A DNA stretch of 64,000 bases. Origin: Candidatus Falkowbacteria bacterium (GTDB lineage: Bacteria > Patescibacteriota > Patescibacteriia > Patescibacteriales > UBA12465). The notes under the pieces are model-generated. The model searched no databases, had not been told where the DNA came from, and saw nothing but the letters and a program-made list of their open reading frames with translations. Position numbers and translations under genes: made by a program. The stretch covers positions 97,188-161,187 of the forward strand of contig JBAXJX010000001.1 in the NCBI GenBank assembly GCA_037137655.1, in the 5' to 3' direction. Of the stretch, positions 20,798 through 28,430 are shown piece after piece; position 1 is the first letter of the stretch; each line of letters begins with the position of its first letter.

Positions 20798-22363
20798 ATG
20801 ACTACTATTGAAATTCTAAAAAAATATAAAATTGAAAATTTTTCGGAGCAGGGAAATATGATTACCGTTAAAGTAACTAAAGATGTTTTTACATCCTTAG
20901 CCACTTCTTTGGCCAACGAAGAAAATTTACCTTTGTCGTCGCTTTATGCCACTGATGATCGTCAGGTTAGTAATACTTTTGGTGTGCACGTTTTATTTGC
21001 TAATGACGCGGCGCATGACTGGTTATTGGTTTCAACCGAAGTTTTGACAACAGAGCCAAGTTACCCGTCGTTAACTGCCACGGTTATGGCGGCTCATTGG
21101 TATGAACGTTATTTACATGATATGTTTGGCATCACACCGCTTGGTCATCCAGATTTACGTCGTTTAGTGAGTCATGAAAATGTGCCGGAAAATGTTTATC
21201 CATTACGCAAAGATTTCGCCTGGAATACTAAAATGGAACATGCTAATGTGCCATATCCAATGGCGCACGTGGAAGGTGAGGGAATCTATGAAATTCCAGT
21301 CGGACCAATCCATGCTGGTATTATCGAACCGGGTCATTTCCGTTTTAATGTGGCCGGTGAAAGAATTATAACTTTAGAAGGAAAATTATTTTTTACACAT
21401 AAGGGTATTGAAAAATTAGTGGAAGGTAAAGCTCCACTGGAGGCTTTGCCTTTTATTGAGCGCTTGTCGGGCGACATGGCTGCTGGCCATGCTCTAGCTT
21501 TTTGCCAAGCTGTCGAAGCTTTAGCTGGCTGTGAGGTGCCTAAACGGGCGCAGTTATTGCGTGTTTTATTGTTAGAATTGGAACGCGTAACAATGCATAT
21601 TCACGACTTAGCTAATATTGGTGGTATGGGTACAGGTTTTAGTTTTATTGCAGCTAACGGTTTTCGGATTAAAGAAAGAATGGTGCGCTTATCAGATGAA
21701 TTATTAGGCAATCGTTTTTGGCGCGGTGAAATTGTTCCAGGTGGGGTGGCTAAAGATTTGAGTACCGAGAAATTAGCTGCTATTTTACCAGTATTGCAAG
21801 CAGCTCAAGTTGAAATAAACAAAATTGTTAAAATCGCTTTGTCATCCGATGGTTTTTTGGATCGCTTACAAACTACCGGTGTTTTACCACTTGAAGCGGC
21901 TAAAGCTTTCGGCGGTGTTGGTTTGCCGGTGCGTGCCTCTGGCTTTGATCGTGACGTCCGTCGTGACCATCCCGATGCCGTTTACAAAGAATTGGCAGTC
22001 AATGTTCAATTAAAGACTGTTGGTGATGTTCATGCTCGCTATTTGTGTCGTATTAACGAAATTGATGAATCGGTGCGTTTAATTGACGCAGTGCTTAAGC
22101 AATTGACAGGCAATTCCGATAAGAATATTATAAATGAGTGTCAAATTAAAGATGGTGTAACAATTGGGGCAGTAGAGTCATGGCGCGGTGAAATTATTTG
22201 CGCTTTGCATTTTCAGAATGGTAAAATTAGTCGTTGTTTCCCCCGTGACCCATCATTTTGTAATTGGGCATTATTCGCGATTATTGGCCCAGGGAACATC
22301 GTTCCAGATTTCCCGTTATGCAATAAATCCTTGAATTTGAGCTATTCTGGTACTGATATGTAG
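20798..22363 (+). CDS. NuoC+NuoD-type (HycE/HyfG-like) large subunit lacking all four Ni-Fe cysteine ligands
   Basis: VGPIHAGIIEPGHFRFNVAGERI...HKGIEK is typical of the family. The N-terminal metal motif reads ERLSGDMAAGH. The C-terminus reads SLNLSYSGTDM-stop. Confidence 0.85.
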   Translation: MTTIEILKKYKIENFSEQGNMITVKVTKDVFTSLATSLANEENLPLSSLYATDDRQVSNTFGVHVLFANDAAHDWLLVSTEVLTTEPSYPSLTATVMAAHWYERYLHDMFGITPLGHPDLRRLVSHENVPENVYPLRKDFAWNTKMEHANVPYPMAHVEGEGIYEIPVGPIHAGIIEPGHFRFNVAGERIITLEGKLFFTHKGIEKLVEGKAPLEALPFIERLSGDMAAGHALAFCQAVEALAGCEVPKRAQLLRVLLLELERVTMHIHDLANIGGMGTGFSFIAANGFRIKERMVRLSDELLGNRFWRGEIVPGGVAKDLSTEKLAAILPVLQAAQVEINKIVKIALSSDGFLDRLQTTGVLPLEAAKAFGGVGLPVRASGFDRDVRRDHPDAVYKELAVNVQLKTVGDVHARYLCRINEIDESVRLIDAVLKQLTGNSDKNIINECQIKDGVTIGAVESWRGEIICALHFQNGKISRCFPRDPSFCNWALFAIIGPGNIVPDFPLCNKSLNLSYSGTDM

Positions 22364-22383
22364 TGATTTGGCTGTAAATCAGA

Positions 22384-22412
22384 TTGACAAAACGTTTTAT
22401 TTATGATATAAT
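22384..22412 (+). promoter_or_regulatory. Near-consensus extended -10 sigma-70 promoter
   Basis: TTGACA (22384-22389), 17 nt spacer, TGaTATAAT (22404-22412). Confidence 0.75.
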
Positions 22413-22417
22413 ACGCT

Positions 22418-22435
22418 TATCATCAAGTGATGATA
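22418..22435 (+). promoter_or_regulatory. Perfect 8+8 palindrome just downstream of the -10 box (candidate operator)
   Basis: TATCATCA-ag-TGATGATA starts 6 nt after the -10 hexamer. Confidence 0.45.
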
Positions 22436-22484
22436 TTGAACATTAAAAATTAAATTAAATCTAATCTTAAAAAACGGAGGTTTT

Positions 22485-23588
22485 ATGTCGAATGATGGTA
22501 GTTTGATCGATTGGTTAAAAGGTGTTAATGGTGAGTACTCGCAGAGATTTTGTAGTCCTGGCGCCCAAGCTGAAAGAAGATCTTTTTGGTTGCGGTATCC
22601 GGTTGGGCTTTTCTGTTTCGGTTGCATGGACGGTCGCAACAATATTCACAACGCTACGGAGTTACCGGCCGGAATAATGAAAAATTATCGTCATGCCGGT
22701 CCTTGGGAATGGTCAAATTCTTTAGACCAACTTTTTTATGGCGATTTGATGCATTGGATTGATCAAGGTAAAGAATGTCTAGTTTTTGTAAGTTATCATT
22801 TTTCGAAATCGAACAAGGATTGGGGCTGTGCTGCTTTTGAATGTAATACTGACAAAGCCATCGCGTCCAATATTAGCTTCAAGGAAAAAATTGACCGAGT
22901 TTATGGCACCGATAGTGCGGTTTTCTCGGTTCTTCTTGGCTTTGAAACTGATGAAGAATCGATGATAATTCATGGCTGCGATTGTGATCAAGTTTTACGA
23001 GTGGCGGATTTGACTGAATTTAATGAGGCTGAGATTAAAGAAACGCTAACAACTTTATTTCCAAAATTTTCTTTAGAAGTTAAGGATTTGTTATTGCGCT
23101 TGATTTCTGGAAATTTTAATCATGTTTCAAAGAACCGTCGAAAAAATCGTCCAGCCATTGCTCTAAATCATAATGAGCGCGTGGTTGCCGTTGGACAAGG
23201 ATTAGGTTGGTTTTATCGTCCAAATCAGGCGATAATTATTGGAATGCATTCCAATAAATCGGGCGAAGCTATAGTAAAAGCGGTTACGATAGTTTATGAA
23301 AATTTACTTAGCGGTCGCATTTCCAGGGAAAAAGGTTTTATTCTTTTGGCGTCAGCCTCATTTCGGCGCGACGTCAGAGCGGAAAAATTGATGGGTTGTG
23401 TGGGAAGTGAAGAAAGAAGGGCTTGTGAGCGGGCCAAGGAAAACATGCGATTTGCCTTGGAAGTGATTGAAGCTGGTTTGCCAGAGGAAATCTATTCCGA
23501 GCTGTTATCGTATATGCATTTCCTTACAGTCATAACCGATTTGGACACCGGAAAATTCATCGAGGTGAAAGATGTTAATCTCGATTAA
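22485..23588 (+). CDS. Hypothetical protein with beta-carbonic-anhydrase-like (CsoSCA/DabA-style) Zn-site pattern; function unverified
   Basis: The CDS itself is well supported by the GGAGG SD, its own promoter and its own terminator. The functional call rests only on FGC47-M-D49-G-R51 (CxDxR), followed 58 residues later by YH105-x9-C115 (VFVSYHFSKSNKDWGCAA). Confidence 0.4.
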   Translation: MSNDGSLIDWLKGVNGEYSQRFCSPGAQAERRSFWLRYPVGLFCFGCMDGRNNIHNATELPAGIMKNYRHAGPWEWSNSLDQLFYGDLMHWIDQGKECLVFVSYHFSKSNKDWGCAAFECNTDKAIASNISFKEKIDRVYGTDSAVFSVLLGFETDEESMIIHGCDCDQVLRVADLTEFNEAEIKETLTTLFPKFSLEVKDLLLRLISGNFNHVSKNRRKNRPAIALNHNERVVAVGQGLGWFYRPNQAIIIGMHSNKSGEAIVKAVTIVYENLLSGRISREKGFILLASASFRRDVRAEKLMGCVGSEERRACERAKENMRFALEVIEAGLPEEIYSELLSYMHFLTVITDLDTGKFIEVKDVNLD

Positions 23589-23610
23589 AAAAACGTTTTG
23601 AAACATTTAG

Positions 23611-23637
23611 AACCCTGCTATAAAGTAGGGTTTTTTT
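23611..23637 (+). terminator. Rho-independent terminator
   Basis: AACCCTGC-tataaa-GTAGGGTT followed by T7. Confidence 0.75.
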
Positions 23638-23638
23638 A

Positions 23639-23667
23639 TTGCCAGTTTTTTTATTTTATGATAAAAT
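23639..23667 (+). promoter_or_regulatory. Candidate promoter of the T4SS-like cluster
   Basis: TTGCCA (23639-23644), 17 nt spacer, TGaTAAAAT (23659-23667). Confidence 0.55.
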
Positions 23668-23703
23668 AAAAATGTATTTAAAAGATTTAAGTCTTAGATA
23701 TTT

Positions 23704-24159
23704 ATGGACGAGCAGGAACAGGCTGACGAGTTGGCGGCCGCTAAACAAAAAGCTAAAAATGCTGGCGTAACATCTGGCGGTGACAATAATGATAGTGCTA
23801 AGTCATCACCAAAACAGAATAAGATTAAAGAGGGAACTGGCAAACTTTTAAAGCAATTTTGGTTAGATATTCCTGCCAGTTTTGGATTCACTATTCTGTT
23901 TATAGACTTATTCTATCTTTTGTGGAAGATTTTACCTGATTGGTTTGGTAAACCGGGGCATGAATGGGTACAGGCTGAAATCGCCAAGACTTCACCGGAA
24001 GAGGCGAAAAAAGTTGGTGATAAAATTTCTTTGGTGGAAAATTTAGGCTGCTGTTGTGTGAATATTCCTGGTTGTTTCGTCCTTTTATTACTTATTGTTA
24101 TTATTTATGCCATGCTTCATCCAGTTGAATTCGGTTGGATGGCATTAACAGGGGGCTAA
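23704..24159 (+). CDS. Small membrane protein, first gene of the T4SS-like cluster (possible pilin/VirB2-like role, unverified)
   Basis: 151 aa. Charged N-terminus, two hydrophobic helices and a CCC motif in helix 2. No recognisable family motif. Confidence 0.6.
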   Translation: MDEQEQADELAAAKQKAKNAGVTSGGDNNDSAKSSPKQNKIKEGTGKLLKQFWLDIPASFGFTILFIDLFYLLWKILPDWFGKPGHEWVQAEIAKTSPEEAKKVGDKISLVENLGCCCVNIPGCFVLLLLIVIIYAMLHPVEFGWMALTGG

Positions 24160-24177
24160 TAAAATTTATCACAAACA

Positions 24178-27100
24178 ATGAAAAAAATATTTTCAAAAAA
24201 GAATACCTTTATTTTCTCAGTGACACTTTTATCGTCGCTCGCGATTTTTGCTGTGGCTCGTCCGGCTCATGCCAGTGAAGTCATTGCCGGTATTATCGGC
24301 GGTATACTTTCAGTTGTCATTTATTTTATTGGGCAGCTTCTTTCTTTGGTAATTTCTGTTTTAATCTCTATTGCTCAATACAGTGCTTTTGGTACCGCCG
24401 CACCGGTCGTTTTTGGTTGGATGATTGTGCGCGATATTTGTAATATGTTTTTCGTACTCATTCTTCTTATTATTGCCTTTGCGACAATTTTACACGTGGA
24501 AGAATATAACTATAAAAAATGGCTGCCAAAATTAATTATGATGGCGGTCTTAATTAATTTCTCTCGTTTGATTTGTAATATTTTTGTGGATTTTGCCCAA
24601 GTGGTTATGTTAACCTTCGTTAATGGTTTTAAAGATGTTGGCGGCGGTAACTTAACTGAAATGTTGGGTATTAATGATTGGATCGGAACAATGTCAACCG
24701 ACCCAACGGCCACAGTTACTTTTACTACTATTGTTGGTACTTATTTATTGGCTTTGATTTATTCCATAATTGCTTTAATTACAGTTGTGACTATGGTGGC
24801 TGTTTTGGCTATGCGCATGGTCATGCTTTGGATTTATATAACTTTATCACCCTTAGCTTATTTGCTAAGTGCTTTTCCGCAAGGTCAACAATATGCTTCT
24901 AAGTGGTGGTCAGAATTCAGTAAAAATTTAGTGATCGGACCAATCCTAGCTTTTTTTATCTGGTTATCATTTGCTTCTTTAGGTGGCACAGCTGATTTAG
25001 CCGCTAACAACGCGACTGATCCGTTGAAAGGTATTCCTAGTGATCCAAGTAGTACGCCAAGTGTTGGTTTAACTGAATCCGGCTCGGCTGATAACATGAT
25101 TAAATTTATTATTTCCATCGGTATGTTACTTGGCGGTTTGCAAATTGCGCAGGAATTGGGCGGTGAAGCGGGTAAGATGGCCGGTAAAGTTTCTTCCAAA
25201 GGTTTCTCGATGGCGAAAGCTGGTGCGGGTGCAGCCGGACTTTATGCAGCTAAACGTGCTGGCGCAGGTGCAGCTGGCGCAGCCGGCAGCGCTGCTAATT
25301 GGGCTGGACAAAAAATTAATTTAGCCGGTAAAAGCGTCGGCCTTAAGGGTGATACTAATTTAATGGGTCGAGCCTTGCAAAAAACTGGAGCAATTGGAAC
25401 TGGTTTGCAGGCTGATATGATTACTACCAGAAAAAAAGCGGCGGTAAAATCACGCCAAGAGTTATTAGAAAAACTTGGTTTTGGCGAGACTGGCGCCACA
25501 GCTCTTGTTGAGGCTACTGAGCCAATAAAGAGACGTTTAGATTTTGGTGACAAAATTAAGAAAAGTATTAGCGCTAATACAACCAAAGGACAATCGTTGC
25601 TTACCGATGGTCAAGAATTAATAGATAGAGGTGAAGATGCTAAAGTTAAGGCTATGACCGCTGGTAAATTAAGACTGACCGGCGAAAAAGAAAGACAAGA
25701 AGGTGAAAACACTATCAATGATGCTGACAGAAAAATTAAATTCAATGAGAATGAAATTATTAATTTAGCTAAGAATAATATTAACGATCCTCGTATTGCG
25801 CAAATTAGACAGGAAAACAAAAAATTGGAAGACGACAAGATTCACGGACAGTCAATGATTGATAGTGGTCAATCCAAGCTTGATGATGTTGCCGCTATTG
25901 AAGCTGCTGCTGCCACTGCTGACGCTGACATTGCCAAGGGCGTGGCTATGAAAAATCAAGGTACTGAAATATTAAATAAAAAAGGATTTTCTTCTACTGC
26001 TTTTGGTAAAAATGTTATTAAAATGATTCCTAATATTGGTGATATGGCGGTTGGGACTACAAATAAAGCAGCTAAAAAAATGGCTGAAGAATCTTTGACA
26101 GCTAAAGATTTTGTTAAAAATATTAAAAATACTAAAGAGTGGCCGGATTATATAAGAGATACTGATGCGCATCAATGGGCTGGTAAGAGTAGTATGAATT
26201 CCCAACAAAAAGCCAACTTTAAAGCGATGGCCGGTGATCCTGAAGCCAGTGAAGGTGTTCGTGTTCAACTTGAAAAATGGAGCGGAGAAAGAAATGCGGA
26301 TGGTAGTCATGATAAAGATTTTCTTAAAGTGGCTGACGCTATTTCACGCGCGATTGCTGGACATCAAAAAGGTGGTGGTGATATGAAGAATTTAAGTGGA
26401 ATTTCAAGTCTCTTAACTACTGTTAGCTCGGAAGTTTCCAATCCAAAGGTTATGAAATCCCCAAGTGATTATAAAGACAAGGTTAGCTATTCTAATTATA
26501 ATCGGGAGCGATCTGTTGCTCAGGGCGGATTTAGCGCGGCGAAATTTAATGAAAACCAAGAGTCAGATAAAACTAAGAGCGCCAATAGTATTGCAATTGA
26601 TTTTGCTGAGTTGCAAGGCATTGCCTCTTTTGGTGGTAAGGATTTTAAAACTAATGCTGATGCGGCCAATTTAGATTCTGGTCAAATTAAAGACTTTACC
26701 GTTCATCTGGAAAGCAAATTACAGGGCATGAAACCAAATGATGGTGGCTACCAAGAATTACAAACCGCGATTAATAATTTAAAAAATAATAAAGTTGAGG
26801 CTTTATCAATTAGAAATTCTGGTGTTAAAAAAGGTTTCCGGGGTGATTTGGCGGCTGAATACCATGAAAATACTCATAAAGCTGGTGTTAAATCAGAAGA
26901 TTTGGCTCATGGCTTAGAGTCGATGATGATGGATATGCGCTTGACTGGTAGTGATAAAACTACAAAAGAAAACAATTCCTTTGAGGTTGGTCAAAAGGCA
27001 GCGGCTCTTGAAAGACAGGGCGTACCACATGATAAAATTTTAGAACAAATGAAGCTTGAGATTGTTGACCGTGGCGGTAAACATAAGGAAGCTTTTGCCC

Positions 27101-27345
27101 AACCAGCGCCAGTTAATGTTGACTTGAAGAACATTTTATCTGGTGGTGGACAGCCAACAATTCAAAATATTAATAACACTACTAACAATAATACATCTAT
27201 TAATAATGTTGTTAATAATGTCTTGGAAAATGACAAGAGTAAAGGTTCTGATATCTTGCAAGATATAAAAAAACAAGGTGACAAAACATTTAAAACTGTT
27301 GCAGATTTAAAGAAAAGCAATAATAAAGGACGATTTATCTCATAA
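24178..27345 (+). CDS. VirB6/TrbL-like polytopic membrane protein with a roughly 700-aa hydrophilic C-terminal extension (1055 aa)
   Basis: Signal-like N-terminus and about 6-8 TM helices in residues 1-330, with the LSPLAYLLSAFPQGQQYASKWW region typical of TrbL/VirB6-type proteins. An A/G-rich linker, a coiled-coil-like charged region and an Asn-rich tail follow. Confidence 0.6.
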   Translation: MKKIFSKKNTFIFSVTLLSSLAIFAVARPAHASEVIAGIIGGILSVVIYFIGQLLSLVISVLISIAQYSAFGTAAPVVFGWMIVRDICNMFFVLILLIIAFATILHVEEYNYKKWLPKLIMMAVLINFSRLICNIFVDFAQVVMLTFVNGFKDVGGGNLTEMLGINDWIGTMSTDPTATVTFTTIVGTYLLALIYSIIALITVVTMVAVLAMRMVMLWIYITLSPLAYLLSAFPQGQQYASKWWSEFSKNLVIGPILAFFIWLSFASLGGTADLAANNATDPLKGIPSDPSSTPSVGLTESGSADNMIKFIISIGMLLGGLQIAQELGGEAGKMAGKVSSKGFSMAKAGAGAAGLYAAKRAGAGAAGAAGSAANWAGQKINLAGKSVGLKGDTNLMGRALQKTGAIGTGLQADMITTRKKAAVKSRQELLEKLGFGETGATALVEATEPIKRRLDFGDKIKKSISANTTKGQSLLTDGQELIDRGEDAKVKAMTAGKLRLTGEKERQEGENTINDADRKIKFNENEIINLAKNNINDPRIAQIRQENKKLEDDKIHGQSMIDSGQSKLDDVAAIEAAAATADADIAKGVAMKNQGTEILNKKGFSSTAFGKNVIKMIPNIGDMAVGTTNKAAKKMAEESLTAKDFVKNIKNTKEWPDYIRDTDAHQWAGKSSMNSQQKANFKAMAGDPEASEGVRVQLEKWSGERNADGSHDKDFLKVADAISRAIAGHQKGGGDMKNLSGISSLLTTVSSEVSNPKVMKSPSDYKDKVSYSNYNRERSVAQGGFSAAKFNENQESDKTKSANSIAIDFAELQGIASFGGKDFKTNADAANLDSGQIKDFTVHLESKLQGMKPNDGGYQELQTAINNLKNNKVEALSIRNSGVKKGFRGDLAAEYHENTHKAGVKSEDLAHGLESMMMDMRLTGSDKTTKENNSFEVGQKAAALERQGVPHDKILEQMKLEIVDRGGKHKEAFAQPAPVNVDLKNILSGGGQPTIQNINNTTNNNTSINNVVNNVLENDKSKGSDILQDIKKQGDKTFKTVADLKKSNNKGRFIS

Positions 27346-27350
27346 TAAAT

Positions 27351-28385
27351 ATGGCTTATCTAGAAGATTGTATAAAAAAATATAGTGATTTGCCCGGGGA
27401 GACTAAGGCGGCTTTTGGTGCGCCAGAAGTAATTGCTAAAATCACCACCCTGGAAAAACGGTATAAAGTTAAACTAGATTTTGTAGTTCTTTTGTTGGCA
27501 ATCAATGAATTAGATTTGGAGGACATCGCTGGATATTTAGCGGAAAAGTTTAATTTAGAAATAGAATTGGCTGACGAGATAGAGCTTAAGCTAAGAGATG
27601 AGATTTTATCTTTGGTCACCAAAAAACTACCGGCGAGCGATGTGGCGGCACCAGAATTTAGCTTGTTAACTCTTAGCGTTAAAGATAAAAAGATTGTGCT
27701 ATCTGAAGCTTTTTCTGAAAACTTGCTAACAATCTTTAATGATGATCAGAGTTATTTGCAAGATTTGAATGTTATCGCTTTTCAGACCTTTAATGCTGAT
27801 CCTAACTTCGAGGACAAGATGACTGAACTCCTATATAAAAACCAAGAAGTTTTAACACATAAACCGTTTATTGCCGACAATGAAGATGTGACGGCAACGG
27901 TTGCGCGCTGGTTGAAAGATTTTATTGCCAAAAACGGCAGCGATATTTTTTCTAATATTGTGCTGGCAAAATATTTAACTGCTTCGGAAAATGCTAAAAT
28001 TTTAGATCCGGAAGAACGGAATTTGTTAAAAAAACTTTTGAAATTATATCGTAATTTAGTATTTTTTCCGGATAGCATGAAAGATGTTCCAATTGAGGAA
28101 TGGGAATTATTTCCCATTAACCGTGATCAAGTAGAAAAAGTATTTCATCCAACAAAATTAAGTACACCCGATGTTTCTGCTCCAATAATTGATCATGCCG
28201 AAGCCGATGCGGAAGCAACCGCGGCGGCTAAGAAAATTTTAGAAGAGTTGGAAAATGGCCAAACTAAAATTATGCCAAAAGAGGAGAGTCCAGAGATAAA
28301 GTCATTGCGAGCGATGGCTGAACAATATCCACTTGGTAGTTTGGAGCGTCGCGCAATTGAATCGGAAATTAAAAAGAAATTATAA
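27351..28385 (+). CDS. Hypothetical protein, paralogous N-terminal domain shared with the next gene
   Basis: 344 aa. N-terminal YLEDCIKKYSDLPGETKAAFGAPEVIAKITTLEKRYKVKLDF aligns with the N-terminus of the 28431 product. Confidence 0.7.
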   Translation: MAYLEDCIKKYSDLPGETKAAFGAPEVIAKITTLEKRYKVKLDFVVLLLAINELDLEDIAGYLAEKFNLEIELADEIELKLRDEILSLVTKKLPASDVAAPEFSLLTLSVKDKKIVLSEAFSENLLTIFNDDQSYLQDLNVIAFQTFNADPNFEDKMTELLYKNQEVLTHKPFIADNEDVTATVARWLKDFIAKNGSDIFSNIVLAKYLTASENAKILDPEERNLLKKLLKLYRNLVFFPDSMKDVPIEEWELFPINRDQVEKVFHPTKLSTPDVSAPIIDHAEADAEATAAAKKILEELENGQTKIMPKEESPEIKSLRAMAEQYPLGSLERRAIESEIKKKL

Positions 28386-28430
28386 GAAAACCTGGATCCC
28401 CGCCTGCGCGAGGATGACGGTTGAAAAAAT

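Noticed and set aside
20798-22363. Calling the cluster 15197-22363 a formate hydrogenlyase / hydrogenase-4 (hyf/hyc) operon and the 521-aa protein a [NiFe] hydrogenase large subunit
   Set aside because: The overall family resemblance is real. However, all four Ni-Fe Cys ligands and three of four small-subunit cluster ligands are substituted. No Fe-S ferredoxin subunit, formate dehydrogenase or maturation genes are present. A catalytic hydrogenase annotation is therefore not supportable.
22397-22642. 81-aa minus-strand ORF spanning the promoter and 5' end of the CA-like gene
   Set aside because: It overlaps a consensus promoter, the SD and the start of a well-supported plus-strand gene. Its translation is low-complexity and it has no signals of its own.
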